A stretch of 64,000 nt of DNA from Eledone cirrhosa (Eukaryota), in NCBI GenBank assembly GCA_964016885.1, contig OZ024743.1, positions 375,038,001 to 375,102,000 of the forward strand, given 5' to 3'. The stretch's first letter is position 1. Each line of letters opens with the position of its first letter. Of this stretch, positions 53,401 through 64,000 are shown one piece after another. Position numbers and translations under genes: made by a program. The notes beneath the pieces were generated by a model, which was not told the DNA's origin, made no database searches, and worked only from the letters and a program-made list of their open reading frames with translations.

Positions 53401-54066
53401 ATCTTTTCATTCGGAGAATATAAAATTCTCGAATTCAAATTACGAACTGGCGCTATTCAAAATTGTTCCCGAGATGAGAGTAAATGAAGTGGAATCAATT
53501 TTTTCAAGGGCCGAATGTAAAGATAGAGGCAGAGGCAGAGAGGTCAGATGGCTACTGCTATAACTAGCAGCAGTCAGAACGACCAAATTTTTCTCAACAT
53601 AGAGGAGGATAGTAATAATAGGATATGTGTTCCTACACGCACAAGGCGCTAAGGGACACATGTATTGTCCAACCAAATGCCAATGTGGTTCAATGGCAGG
53701 TTAATAAATTAGCGAGCCAGAACATATATAATCAAGGTTTAGCAAATAAGATAAAGTTTCAAAATAAATTTTAAAAAACCACATTGGCATATGGTTGGAC
53801 AATACACGTGTCCCTTAGCGCCTTGTGCGTGTAGGAACACATGTCCTATTATTACTATTCTCCTCTATGTTGAGAAAAATTTGGTCGTTCTGACTGCTGC
53901 TAGTTATAGCAGTAGCCATCTGACCTCTCTGCCTCTGCCTCTATCTTTACATTCGGCCCTTGAAAAAATTGATTCCACTTCATTTACTCTCATCTCGGGA
54001 ACAATTTTGAATAGCACCAGTTCGTAATTTGAATTCGAGAATTTTATATTCTCCGAATGAAAAGAT

Positions 54067-54148
54067 CCTTCTGACGAGATTCTTTCTTTGCAATGAAGGC
54101 CGTATGGACTCCGTTTATTTTTGAGAATCGAAACCGACTCGGTAAAGG
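54067..54148 (+). ncRNA. Type I hammerhead
   Basis: CCTT-CTGACGA-GATTCT...AGAATC-GAAA-CCG-act-CG-GTA-AAGG. Confidence 0.8.
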
Positions 54149-54388
54149 TAACCATAGTAAGTAAAGTTAATTTTTTTAAATTTATTTTGAACTTCTTTAT
54201 CTTATTTGCTAAACCTTGATTATATATATATATATATATAGATTTTGAGTTTATGTTGGTTGTATACCAACACCTCAGTATGCAGGCTGGAGCACTCGAC
54301 GAAGTGCGCAGGTTGGTTTGGTTACTCCGGAGTAGTGTAAAATAAAGTTAAATAAAAGTCAAATGATTAAAATTTAGCTTCGTTTATT

Positions 54389-54443
54389 ACTGCTATATAT
54401 ATTTCAGTGACAGCCATCTTTGGCTGTGACCTCTTCAGGCAGT
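54389..54443 (-). ncRNA. Type I hammerhead
   Basis: Reverse complement of 55962-56016. Confidence 0.82.
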
Positions 54444-55961
54444 TTGAATTAGTATGGTATAGACAAGTACATATGTTGTTTAGGTGTATGATATTGTCAA
54501 TACTCTGATATGCCCAGTTCCTTGTTGGGTTGTTAATTCACTGGGGAACTGGAGTCATATGAATTCAAACAAACGAATTTTAGTGTCACAGGTCCCCTTC
54601 TCCTCTCATTGGTCAGTTATTAGTGTTGTCATTGTTGGAGTTAGCTTAAAAATTGATAAAATGGTAGAAGGGACAAGGTGTTGAAGGAACAAAATATCAA
54701 AAAATGTGTCAAACTTCCCATTGTTCAGTTCTGAGAGCATTCCTCAGTCAGAAGTCTATAGAATTCTTTCTGGGGTGAGGCTCCCTGTAGTGTTTATGCC
54801 TGCTATTGTTCAGTACATTTGACCTCCACCATTATTTTGGTACTGTTGTTGTTGTAGTGGTCAGCTTATATCTTGCTGCTGCTAACAATTTAGAAGTATT
54901 CAGTTTGTGTTTTCTCTTCATCCCACCCGCCACCATCGTAGTGGTGGTGGCGGGGGGGGGGGGGTTATTTCATGTATATGAAGAAATATAAGGCAATAAA
55001 TGAAGAAAACAGAAGATAAATAAATAATATAATAAAATAAAATAATTAATATAATTTGTGTAATTTGAAAATAAATAAATAAATAGAGAATAAAGAATAA
55101 AGAGTAAATGAGAGATTGGTGAAAAAGTAATGATAATGTATATGGAGAAGTGAGAAATAATGTAGGATAAAGTGTGTGTGTGTGTGTGTGTGCTATAACC
55201 AATCTCAAGGTCAGAATATGTTGGATAGATTGGATAAGGCAATAAATGAATATGTTGGATAGATTGGATAAGGCAATAAATGAAGAAAACAGAAGATAAA
55301 TAAATAATATAATAAAATAAAATAATTAATATAATTTGTGTAATTTGAAAATAAATAAATAAATAGAGAATAAAGAATAAAGAGTAAATGAGAGATTGGT
55401 GAAAAAGTAATGATAATGTATATATACATATACATGAAATAACCCCCCCCCCCGCCACCACCACTACGATGGTGGCGGGTGGGATGAAGAGAAAACACAA
55501 ACTGAATACTTCTAAATTGTTAGCAGCAGCAAGATATAAGCTGACCACTACAACAACAACAGTACCAAAATAATGGTGGAGGTCAAATGTACTGAACAAT
55601 AGCAGGCATAAACACTACAGGGAGCCTCACCCCAGAAAGAATTCTATAGACTTCTGACTGAGGAATGCTCTCAGAACTGAACAATGGGAAGTTTGACACA
55701 TTTTTTGATATTTTGTTCCTTCAACACCTTGTCCCTTCTACCATTTTATCAATTTTTAAGCTAACTCCAACAATGACAACACTAATAACTGACCAATGAG
55801 AGGAGAAGGGGACCTGTGACACTAAAATTCGTTTGTTTGAATTCATATGACTCCAGTTCCCCAGTGAATTAACAACCCAACAAGGAACTGGGCATATCAG
55901 AGTATTGACAATATCATACACCTAAACAACATATGTACTTGTCTATACCATACTAATTCAA

Positions 55962-56016
55962 ACTGCCTGAAGAGGTCACAGCCAAAGATGGCTGTCACTG
56001 AAATATATATAGCAGT
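55962..56016 (+). ncRNA. Type I hammerhead
   Basis: ACTGC-CTGAAGA-GGT(C)ACAGCCA-AAGA-TGGCTGT(C)ACT-GAAA-TATAT-ATA-GCAGT. Confidence 0.82.
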
Positions 56017-56060
56017 AATAAACGAAGCTAAATTTTAATCATTTGACTTTTATTTAACTT

Positions 56061-56112
<52 letters not shown>

Positions 56113-56119
56113 GTAGTAG

Positions 56120-56592
56120 TAACACAACAGTTAGTTCACCACACCGAGAACATTTGTTTCACCTTAACGGATCTTCATCTCGTACTGGTCATGGTTATAC
56201 GGAACAGGAAGAACAACCGTATGAACGTGCATGCGCAGAAACGGTTACCTCACCCAAGCGATGCAAAGCCACAGGCGAAAGGTGTAAGGTAGATAACTGC
56301 TAAAGTCCGGAAAAGGTGTTCGAGCTAATTAGAAAATTAGAATGTTGTTGTTGTTATTCAATCCGGTGCTTGAAGTTATGCAAGAGGTGTTTCCAGACAC
56401 GTGGACAACGTGAGTAGATTTCATTTCTTGAATTTAGGCAATCGCTATTGTGTAATCCCCTTAGAATATTTATCCTTTTTTCAATACTCAGTCCACGAGA
56501 CGGATTGCCCCTTGCGTATGGCTTCGACTTACTGATAGCTTTCCATTGAATGGAGTAGTCTATACCCGAGTCCTCGAGGGAACATACGTGGC
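56120..56592 (-). mobile_element. PLE 3' fragment: GIY-YIG tail plus pLTR with mutated HHR
   Basis: [18 protein letters not shown]...[13 protein letters not shown]; homologous to 58050-58790. Confidence 0.75.
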
Positions 56593-56622
56593 TCTCTTTC
56601 TCTCTCTCACTCTCTCTCTCTC

Positions 56623-56717
<95 letters not shown>

Positions 56718-56772
56718 GTATACATATATTTATATATATAACTACATACGTATATATAAATATGTATATTTA

Positions 56773-56809
<37 letters not shown>

Positions 56810-56940
56810 GTGAGGTTTTTTTTACAAAATGAAAAATAACCGAGGTGTCCTACACGAGTGGAAGTATAAAGAAAAAGGGATGAAATCGAAAATGCAACTG
56901 AAGTCTTATTTTTTAAAAAAATATATATATTTATTTGGTT

Positions 56941-56978
56941 CCTTTACCGGTTTCGCAGTTCTTCTGCTTTTCAAAAGG
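56941..56978 (-). ncRNA. Variant minimal hammerhead-like motif (TTGAAAA core)
   Basis: CCTT-TTGAAAA-GCAG-aagaa-CTGC-GAAA-CCG-GTA-AAGG. Confidence 0.5.
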
Positions 56979-57037
56979 TGAGTTGAGATGGAGGGTCTGT
57001 GGTTTTTCTCACATCTGGTTGGTCTCTGAATGTTACT

Positions 57038-57131
<94 letters not shown>

Positions 57132-57449
57132 TTGTGTGTGTGAGCGCGCGTGTGTGCGTGCGCGCGTGTGTGTGTGTGGGAAAAGTAAACGTATAAACAA
57201 CACAGGAAAGCGATACAGTACAATGAAAATATATATTAGTTTAATTTATGATATGGGAGGAAAAATCTTAACGTTTCGGACGTTAATCCTTCATCACATG
57301 ATAGAATGAGAAATAAAAGAAATATAAAGATAGGCGAGAGGGAAAAGAGAAAGAAACGAACATTTTTTTATTTTAGAGAAAGAAAGGGTGCGTTTGGTTA
57401 GACAGAGCCGAATTAACCTACATATTTAGAAGGGCTTTAGACTAACTAA

Positions 57450-57600
57450 AATTAAACATTAAGATAGTAGAAAAAGCAGGTATTGCTATAAAATCCCTAA
57501 TTATCAGAACATACCCTTTTGGGAAAATCCCTGCACCGATAGAAAATATATAGTCTTCAAATTAAGCCTACAAATCAACTGCAAAACTAGAAATAGCATA
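57450..57600 (+). pseudogene. Decayed PLE linker fragment related to the 44.4-45 kb ORF
   Basis: NIKIVEKAGIAIKSLIIRTYPFGK vs LKIKVVEKPGTTIKSLISKTYPFKK. Confidence 0.6.
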
Positions 57601-57630
57601 AGCTGTACGGATAGGAAAACGAGTTACATA

Positions 57631-57724
<94 letters not shown>

Positions 57725-57834
57725 TAAGTATTTCCGTGGAAAAGTAAAGAAAAGAAGAGTGCCCTATGTATAGTACAGCTTCACTTTCATTTATAATATA
57801 TTTTAATTTCATATCTTATAACCAAATTAAAGAT

Positions 57835-57905
57835 TTCTATCTGATGAACGGATTCAGACGCCTCTGTTAGAATCGTCTGACTTCGTGAAACCTTGGGTAA
57901 TGGAA
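57835..57905 (+). ncRNA. Type I hammerhead
   Basis: TTCTAT-CTGATGA-ACGGA.TCAGACG..CGTCTGA.TTCGT-GAAA-CC-ttg-G-GTA-ATGGAA. Confidence 0.75.
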
Positions 57906-57930
57906 TAATTATATTGTGTTGTTTATTACA

Positions 57931-58044
<114 letters not shown>

Positions 58045-58049
58045 TGGTT

Positions 58050-58790
58050 ACACAACAGTTAGTTCACCATATCGAGAATAATTGTTTCACCTTAGAGGAT
58101 CTTCAGCTCGGTATTTGCATGGTTATAGGAACAGGAAGGACAACCGTACGAACGCGAAAGTCCGGAAAGTTTTTAGGTTGAAAATAAAATTAAAATTAAA
58201 TTAAAAATAGAATTACAAAGAATCAGTCCGGAGCCTTGTAGTTATGCAATAGATGTTTGGTCACATGTGGACAACGTGTGAAAAATTCACTTCTCGTGTT
58301 TAGGCAATCACTATTGCGTAATCACTTTAGAATAGTTATTCGTTCGTCAATACATAAGGCACACGTCGCATTTCCCCTTGCGTATGGCTTGGACTTAGTG
58401 ATGGCTTTCCATTGAATGGAGTAGTCTATACTTGAGTCCTTGAGGGACCATACGTGACTCGCGAGTTTCGTGGATGAACGTCTGTCCGGGTATCTGAAGG
58501 TAGACTGTTGGTTCATGAAACGCTCCTTGAATCGGCCCTCCGCCATGCGCACATAGGATTTGACCTCCTGTGGTTCGTTTGGTCGGTTGGAAGTGACCAC
58601 AGTTCCATAGATTACAGCAGGTGTGTTGCATTGTTGTTGAAGGAGGCAAGCTTCAGGCTTACAGCAAGAGCACCCTGGTGGGGTGTTGCTCCTAGGGCTG
58701 CTGGTGATGTGGGCCTTCATGTTCTTAGCGGAGGAGTATCCTAGTTTAACTTTGTGTCGGTTAAAGATGGAGCGGTATTTATGACCTATA
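58050..58790 (-). mobile_element. PLE 3' fragment with GIY-YIG domain and pLTR HHR (58073-58110)
   Basis: HKYRSIFNRHKVKLGYS...AVIY...SYVRMAEGRFKERF...HVWSLKD...CALCIDE; CGAG-CTGAAGA-TCCT..AGGT-GAAA-CAATT-ATT-CTCG. Confidence 0.8.
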
Positions 58791-59642
58791 TATATAAAAC
58801 TAACACCAACAATTGCCATAACTACAACGTAAACAAATCTACACCAAAGCCATGCTCTGCGTGAACTCCAACTTACAATTAACACCACCCACTAGGCATA
58901 TACCGTACAGAACATAAATTAAATACAAACACGTTCCTCAAAAACTGTACTCTAGCCTTTCTAATAGAACAATAATCAACCTGCCCCAGCTGCTGGAATG
59001 GAGACGACAGACATCATCAAGCTGCAGCCGCCATATTACATAGTGTGTCGGTGTGTGTTGCTTAAAAGTTAGTTTTTCTTGAATCGTTACTGTTGAAATA
59101 TCTAATTCTCCAATCCTTCTTAATCATACATGGCGTGTGCGCTAATCTGCTGCCATGAAAATCGAGATTCTGCTTTCTTCTCCAGTTTATTCAACATTCT
59201 TAATGCTAACAAATATTCATATTGCATTTTGTTTTCGTCTTTTCGTTGATGGTTGTTTATTCAACCAGCATTGACGTATTTTTGTTGTTGTTGCTGTTGT
59301 TGCCGCTGGTGAGGATTTTCGCGTATCACATGGCGCTTTTACAAGTCAATAATTATATAATCAAGTGGATAATACCCATGGTTTCTTGGGTGCTGACGAT
59401 CTACTTTCAATTCACATTTAATTCGTCAGACTATCATTTTTCTACATAACCGTGGACATGTGTTTTATGTATCTACGTAATTTCAGTAAACTGACGAAGT
59501 TTGTGACGGCTGTGAGCACAACACCGAATAATACACTGGATGGCTTCCTGTTGCAATCTCAATTGTATTACACTCTACTTTCCTAAATAAGGAATGAACA
59601 TATCAAATAATGTAATCTCACATATCCCACAAATGAAGAGAT

Positions 59643-59853
59643 GATTAAAGCTTGAACACCATCGATCTGCTGATCAACATATCCTTCAAAAGAAGAGAGG
59701 GTTAAGGCTTGAACACCATAGATCTGATGATCAACATATCGCTGAAAAGAAGAGAGGATTAAAGCTTGAACACCATTGATCTGATGATCAACACATACAG
59801 TAGTTCAAAAGAAAAGAGGATTAAGGCTTGAACACCATAAATCTGATGATCAA
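59643..59853. repeat. ~57-bp tandem repeat, about 3.6 units
   Basis: TTAA(A/G)GCTTGAACACCAT..ATCTG.TGATCAA units. Confidence 0.85.
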
Positions 59854-60642
59854 GATTGGCCTGAGGCTACACAATATCATGTTTTAATAAATGTTATTTG
59901 CGCATTTGTAATGTTAATTATAATGTTATGTATGTATATATTTATAACATATTTGCCATGTTATTTATACAACTGTGAATAAAATAATACATAAATCAAG
60001 AAGTAAAATCTTTCTTTATTTCTAGACGGTATTTTGGTCATCACTTACATATTGATAAAAAGGGAATATTTTGAATTTACTTCTACCGCAAATTTCTAAA
60101 CGTTCGCTGTTTGGGTCTGAATTTTGTATCAGTTGTCTGTGTACACTGACTCATTCACACAAGTTACCGGTCTGACCGATATAATTTTCTTTGCAGTCGA
60201 AACATATCAGATTTTCTATTTTACAGTTCAATTCTGAATCTATTTCAAAGAACTCTCCATTTTTCTTTCTTTACAAATAGTTATAGACATCGCGACTGCA
60301 TGTCCCACACATGCTCTCTCTTAAAATAAGTCAGAAATCTTTTTTTTTTTATAATAAAAAAGATGCTAAACATAGTGATTCATTGAAATACATGCTCGTC
60401 TGAACCAACAACACTGGGTTGCTTTAACAAGCTGTATGATCTGGAGGAGGAAAATTCCAGCAATATGTAGATGGATTTGAAAATATAGGATTGTTAGCAA
60501 GAGCTCCCGAACAAAAGACTTTTACTTTTTACAAAAGAAGTATACGGAGAGATAAAATATTTTTATCTAGAAAATATGAGTACTTTTGTTAATGAAGTCA
60601 CTGAAAAAATGCTTACAGAGGGTGTCGGTGACGATCTCCAGG

Positions 60643-60902
60643 CAGGGCCGGATTTAATGGGGGGGGGGGGGGCAATTGCCCCACTCCCCTTGCATTGGGA
60701 GGCCCCACCAGTGACGGCCGTAGCAATTTATTTGTGCCCTCAGCTGGGTCTTTTGGTTTTAGGATGGTTAGAATTTTTTTTATTTAATATCTGTATGTAT
60801 AATGTTTCAATTCCAATTACTTGCGCCAAGCTAACTTGTGTATGAGCCGCTCCCATCAAACCTGAATTTCTCCAGACCCTCCAAGGTCTAAATCCGACCC
60901 TG
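60643..60902. mobile_element. hAT-like MITE, 260 bp
   Basis: TIRs CAGGGCCGGATTTA / TAAATCCGACCCTG; no clear 8-bp TSD. Confidence 0.6.
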
Positions 60903-60984
60903 GGCCCTATCTGTGGTGGATGTGTTCCCTAAAATGATTTTTTAAATATTTCTCTACCATATCTTGTGTTCATTATTGTGTTAT

Positions 60985-61920
60985 GGTCTGAGTTCAAATC
61001 CCACCGAGGTTAACTTTTCCTTTCATCCTTACAGGGTGGATAAAATAAAGTACCAGTAATGCACTGGGTAATTGCTGGCCTTGTGCCAAAAGTAGAAACA
61101 ATTATTGTGTTTTATTTGGCAGTGTCGGTAGAGGGTCGGACGCCATGCTTCGATGCATAGAGTTACGGCCCTTGCCATTCTGAGTTCAAATCCCGCCAAG
61201 GTTAACTTTGCCTTTCATCCTTACGGGGTCGATAAAATAAAGTACCAGTAATGCACTGGGTAATTGCTGGCCTTATGCCAAAAGTAGAAACAATTATTGT
61301 GTTTTATAATACTTTACCAAATTAATCTCTTTATTATAACATATTTGCCCCTACCCTCGGTTTTAAATAACTGTTTGTCTAGCTCCACATGTATTGTAAC
61401 ACCTATACTTATGTGTAGGGGGCATGTATATATATATATGTGTGTGTGTGCGTATTAAAATTAAATGAGAAAAAACTCTAATTCTGGGAGTATAAACTAG
61501 ATAGACGAAAAATGTTTTCATCTAACTTCGCTTTTAGAATAATTGTTTCTACTTTTGGCACAAGGCCAGCAATTACCCAGTGCATTACTGGTACTTTATT
61601 TTATCCACCCTGTAAGGTTGAAAGGCAAAGTTAACCTCGACGGGATTTGAACTTAGACCGTAAAGGGACATAACTATGGTAGAAAGCTATGCTAGAATAA
61701 TGGTTTCTTATTTAGGCACAAGGCCAGCAATTTTTTTTTGGGGGGGGGGGGGAGTTGATGAAATTGACCGCAGTGTCTGACTGGTACTTTATTTATCGAC
61801 CCCGTGAGGATGAAAGGTAAAGTTCACCTCGGCGGGATTTGAACTCAGTTCATAAAGAGCCGTAACTCTATGATGGAAAGCATGGCGTCCGACCCTCCAC
61901 CGATACTACCTATCCACCGC
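60985..61920. mobile_element. SINE cluster: two plus copies facing two minus copies
   Basis: B boxes and cores at ~60990, 61180 (plus) and 61640, 61835 (minus). Confidence 0.8.
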
Positions 61921-61998
61921 CTTTGGAAAATAATATACACACATTGCACACATAGAACCAAAACCATAAGCTGACCCAACCTGGGGCGGATATAGAAG

Positions 61999-64000
61999 AG
62001 AGTGGTGAAAGAGTGACAGTGGCAGGTATAGAGAGTGTGACAGTGGGGAGAGTGACAGTAACAGAGACAGACAGAGAGAAAGGAAGTGGTGAAAGAGTGA
62101 CAGTGGCAGGTATAGAGAGTGTGACAGTGGGGAGAGTGACAGTAACAGAGACAGACAGTGAGAGAAGGAGTGGTGAAAGAATGACAGTGGCAGGTATAGA
62201 GAGTGTGACAGTGGGGAGAGTGACAGTAACAGAGACAGACAGAGAGGGAAGGAGTGGTGAAAGAGTGACAGTGGCAGGTATAGAGAGTGTGACAGTGGGG
62301 AGAGTGACAGTAACAGAGACAGACAGAGAGGGAAGGAGTGGTGAAAGAGTGACAGTGGCAGGTATAGAGAGTGTGACAGTGGGGAGAGTGACAGTAACAG
62401 AGACAGACAGAGAGGGAAGGAGTGGTGAAAGAGTGACAGTGGCAGGTATAGAGAGTGTGACAGTGGGGAGAGTGACAGTAACAGAGACAGACAGAGAGGG
62501 AAGGAGTGGTGAAAGAGTGACAGTGGCAGGTATAGAGAGTGTGACAGTGGGGAGAGTGACAGTAACAGAGACAGACAGAGAGGGAAGGAGTGGTGAAAGA
62601 GTGACAGTGGCAGGTATAGAGAGTGTGACAGTGGGGAGAGTGACAGTAACAGAGACAGACAGAGAGAGAAGGAGTGGTGAAAGAGTGACAGTGGCAGGTA
62701 TAGAGAGTGTGACAGTGGGGAGAGTGACAGTAACAGAGACAGGCAGAGAGAGAGGAAGTGGTGAAAGAGTGACAGTGGCAGGTATAGAGAGAGTGACACA
62801 GGGGAGAGTGACAGTAACAGAGACAGGCAGAGAGAGAGGAGGTGGTGAAAGAGTGACAGTTGCAGGTATAGAGAGAGTGACACAGGGGAGAGTGACAGTG
62901 ACAGAGACAGACAGAGAAGGAAGGAGTGGTGAAAGAGTGACACTGGCAGGTATAGAAGTGTGACAGTGGCGAGAGTGACAGTAACAGAAACAGACAGAGA
63001 GGGAAGGAGTGGTGAAAGAGTGACAGTGGCAGGTATAGAGAGTGTGACAGTGGGGAGAGTGACAGTAACAGAGACAGACAGAGAAGGAAGGAGTGGTGAA
63101 AGAGTGACAGTGGCAGGTATAGAGAGTGTGACAGTGGGGAGAGTGACAGTAACAGAGACAGGCAGAGAGAGAGGAAGTGGTGAAAGAGTGACAGTGGCAG
63201 GTATAGAGAGTGTGACAGTGTGGAGAGTGACAGTAACAGAGACAGGCAGAGAGAGAGGAAGTGGTGAAAGAGTGACAGTGGCAGGTATAGAGAGAGTGAC
63301 ACAGGGGAGAGTGACAGTAACAGAGACAGGCAGAGAGAGAGGAAGTGGTGAAAGAGTGACAGTGGCAGGTATAGAGAGAGTGACACAGGGGAGAGTGACA
63401 GTGACAGAGACAGACAGAGAAGGAAGGAGTGGTGAAAGAGTGACACTGGCAGGTATAGAGAGTGTGACAGTGGCGAGAGTGACAGTAACAGAGACAGACA
63501 GAGAGAGAGGGAGTGGTAAAAGAGTGACAGTGGCAGGTATAGAGAGTGTGACAGTGGGGAGATTGACAGTAACAAAGACAGACAGAGAGAGAAGGAGTGG
63601 TGAAAGAGTGACAGTGGCAGGTATAGAGAGTGTGACAGTGGGGAGAGTGACAGTAACAGAGATAGACAGAGAGGGAAGGAGTGGTGAAAGAGTGACTGTG
63701 GCAGGTATAGAGAGTGTGACAGTGGGGAGATTGACAGTAACAAAGACAGACAGAGAGAGAAGGAGTGGTGAAAGAGTGACAGTGGGAGGTATAGAGAGTG
63801 TGACAGTGGTGAGAGTGACAGTAACAGAGACAGGCAGAGAGGGAAGGAGTGTTGAAAGAATGACAGTGGCAGGTATAGAGAGCGTGACAGTGGGGAGAGT
63901 GACAGTAACAGAGACAGACAGAGAGGGAAGTAGTGTTGAAAGAGTGACAGTGGCAGGTATAGAGAGTGTGACAGTGGGGAGAGTGACAGTAACAGAGACA
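61999..64000. repeat. 84-bp minisatellite, about 24 units, running off the window edge
   Basis: Period 84 (e.g. 62251 to 62335); three GTGACAGT subrepeats per unit. Confidence 0.93.

Larger units (their letters stand above)
53131..54225. mobile_element. ORF-less ~484-bp HHR unit: partial tandem plus inverted copy
   Basis: Unit starts at 53131 and 53615; inversion from ~53778; (TA)n flanks. Confidence 0.82.
54338..56067. mobile_element. Inverted pair of ~640-bp HHR-bearing arms (54338-54980 / 55427-56067)
   Basis: Near-identical arms; spacer has a ~155-bp direct duplication. Confidence 0.85.

Noticed and set aside
61845-63743. 632-aa Cys/His-rich ORF resembling a zinc-finger array
   Set aside because: Product of an 84-bp repeat (multiple of 3); the peptide switches frame mid-array and no true finger spacing is present.

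Overview
Eukaryotic, AT-rich, microsatellite-dense, almost gene-free DNA. The SINE type and repeat landscape suggest a coleoid cephalopod such as Octopus (inference). No confident host gene is visible; most ORFs in the track are microsatellite artefacts. (1) At 1.3-13.3 kb three head-to-tail L1/Tx1-clade LINEs lie on the minus strand: one apparently full-length with intact ORF1 and ORF2, two 5'-truncated. Every junction is a (GATA)n tract, pointing to a (GATA)n/(TATC)n-specific retrotransposon. (2) At 19-59 kb a dense nest of Penelope-like element (PLE) fragments and ORF-less 0.2-0.8 kb units sits in (TA)n tracts as partial tandems and inverted pairs. These carry at least 15 hand-foldable type I hammerhead ribozyme (HHR) motifs. 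Six sequence-divergent versions share an unusual stem II: 3 bp, then a C-C (once C-U) mismatch, then a long helix. (3) Also present are about 25 tRNA-derived SINE copies, RTE and R4/Dong LINE remnants, a bipartite non-autonomous RTE pair, three MITEs and an 84-bp minisatellite at the right end. All folds and alignments were done by eye.
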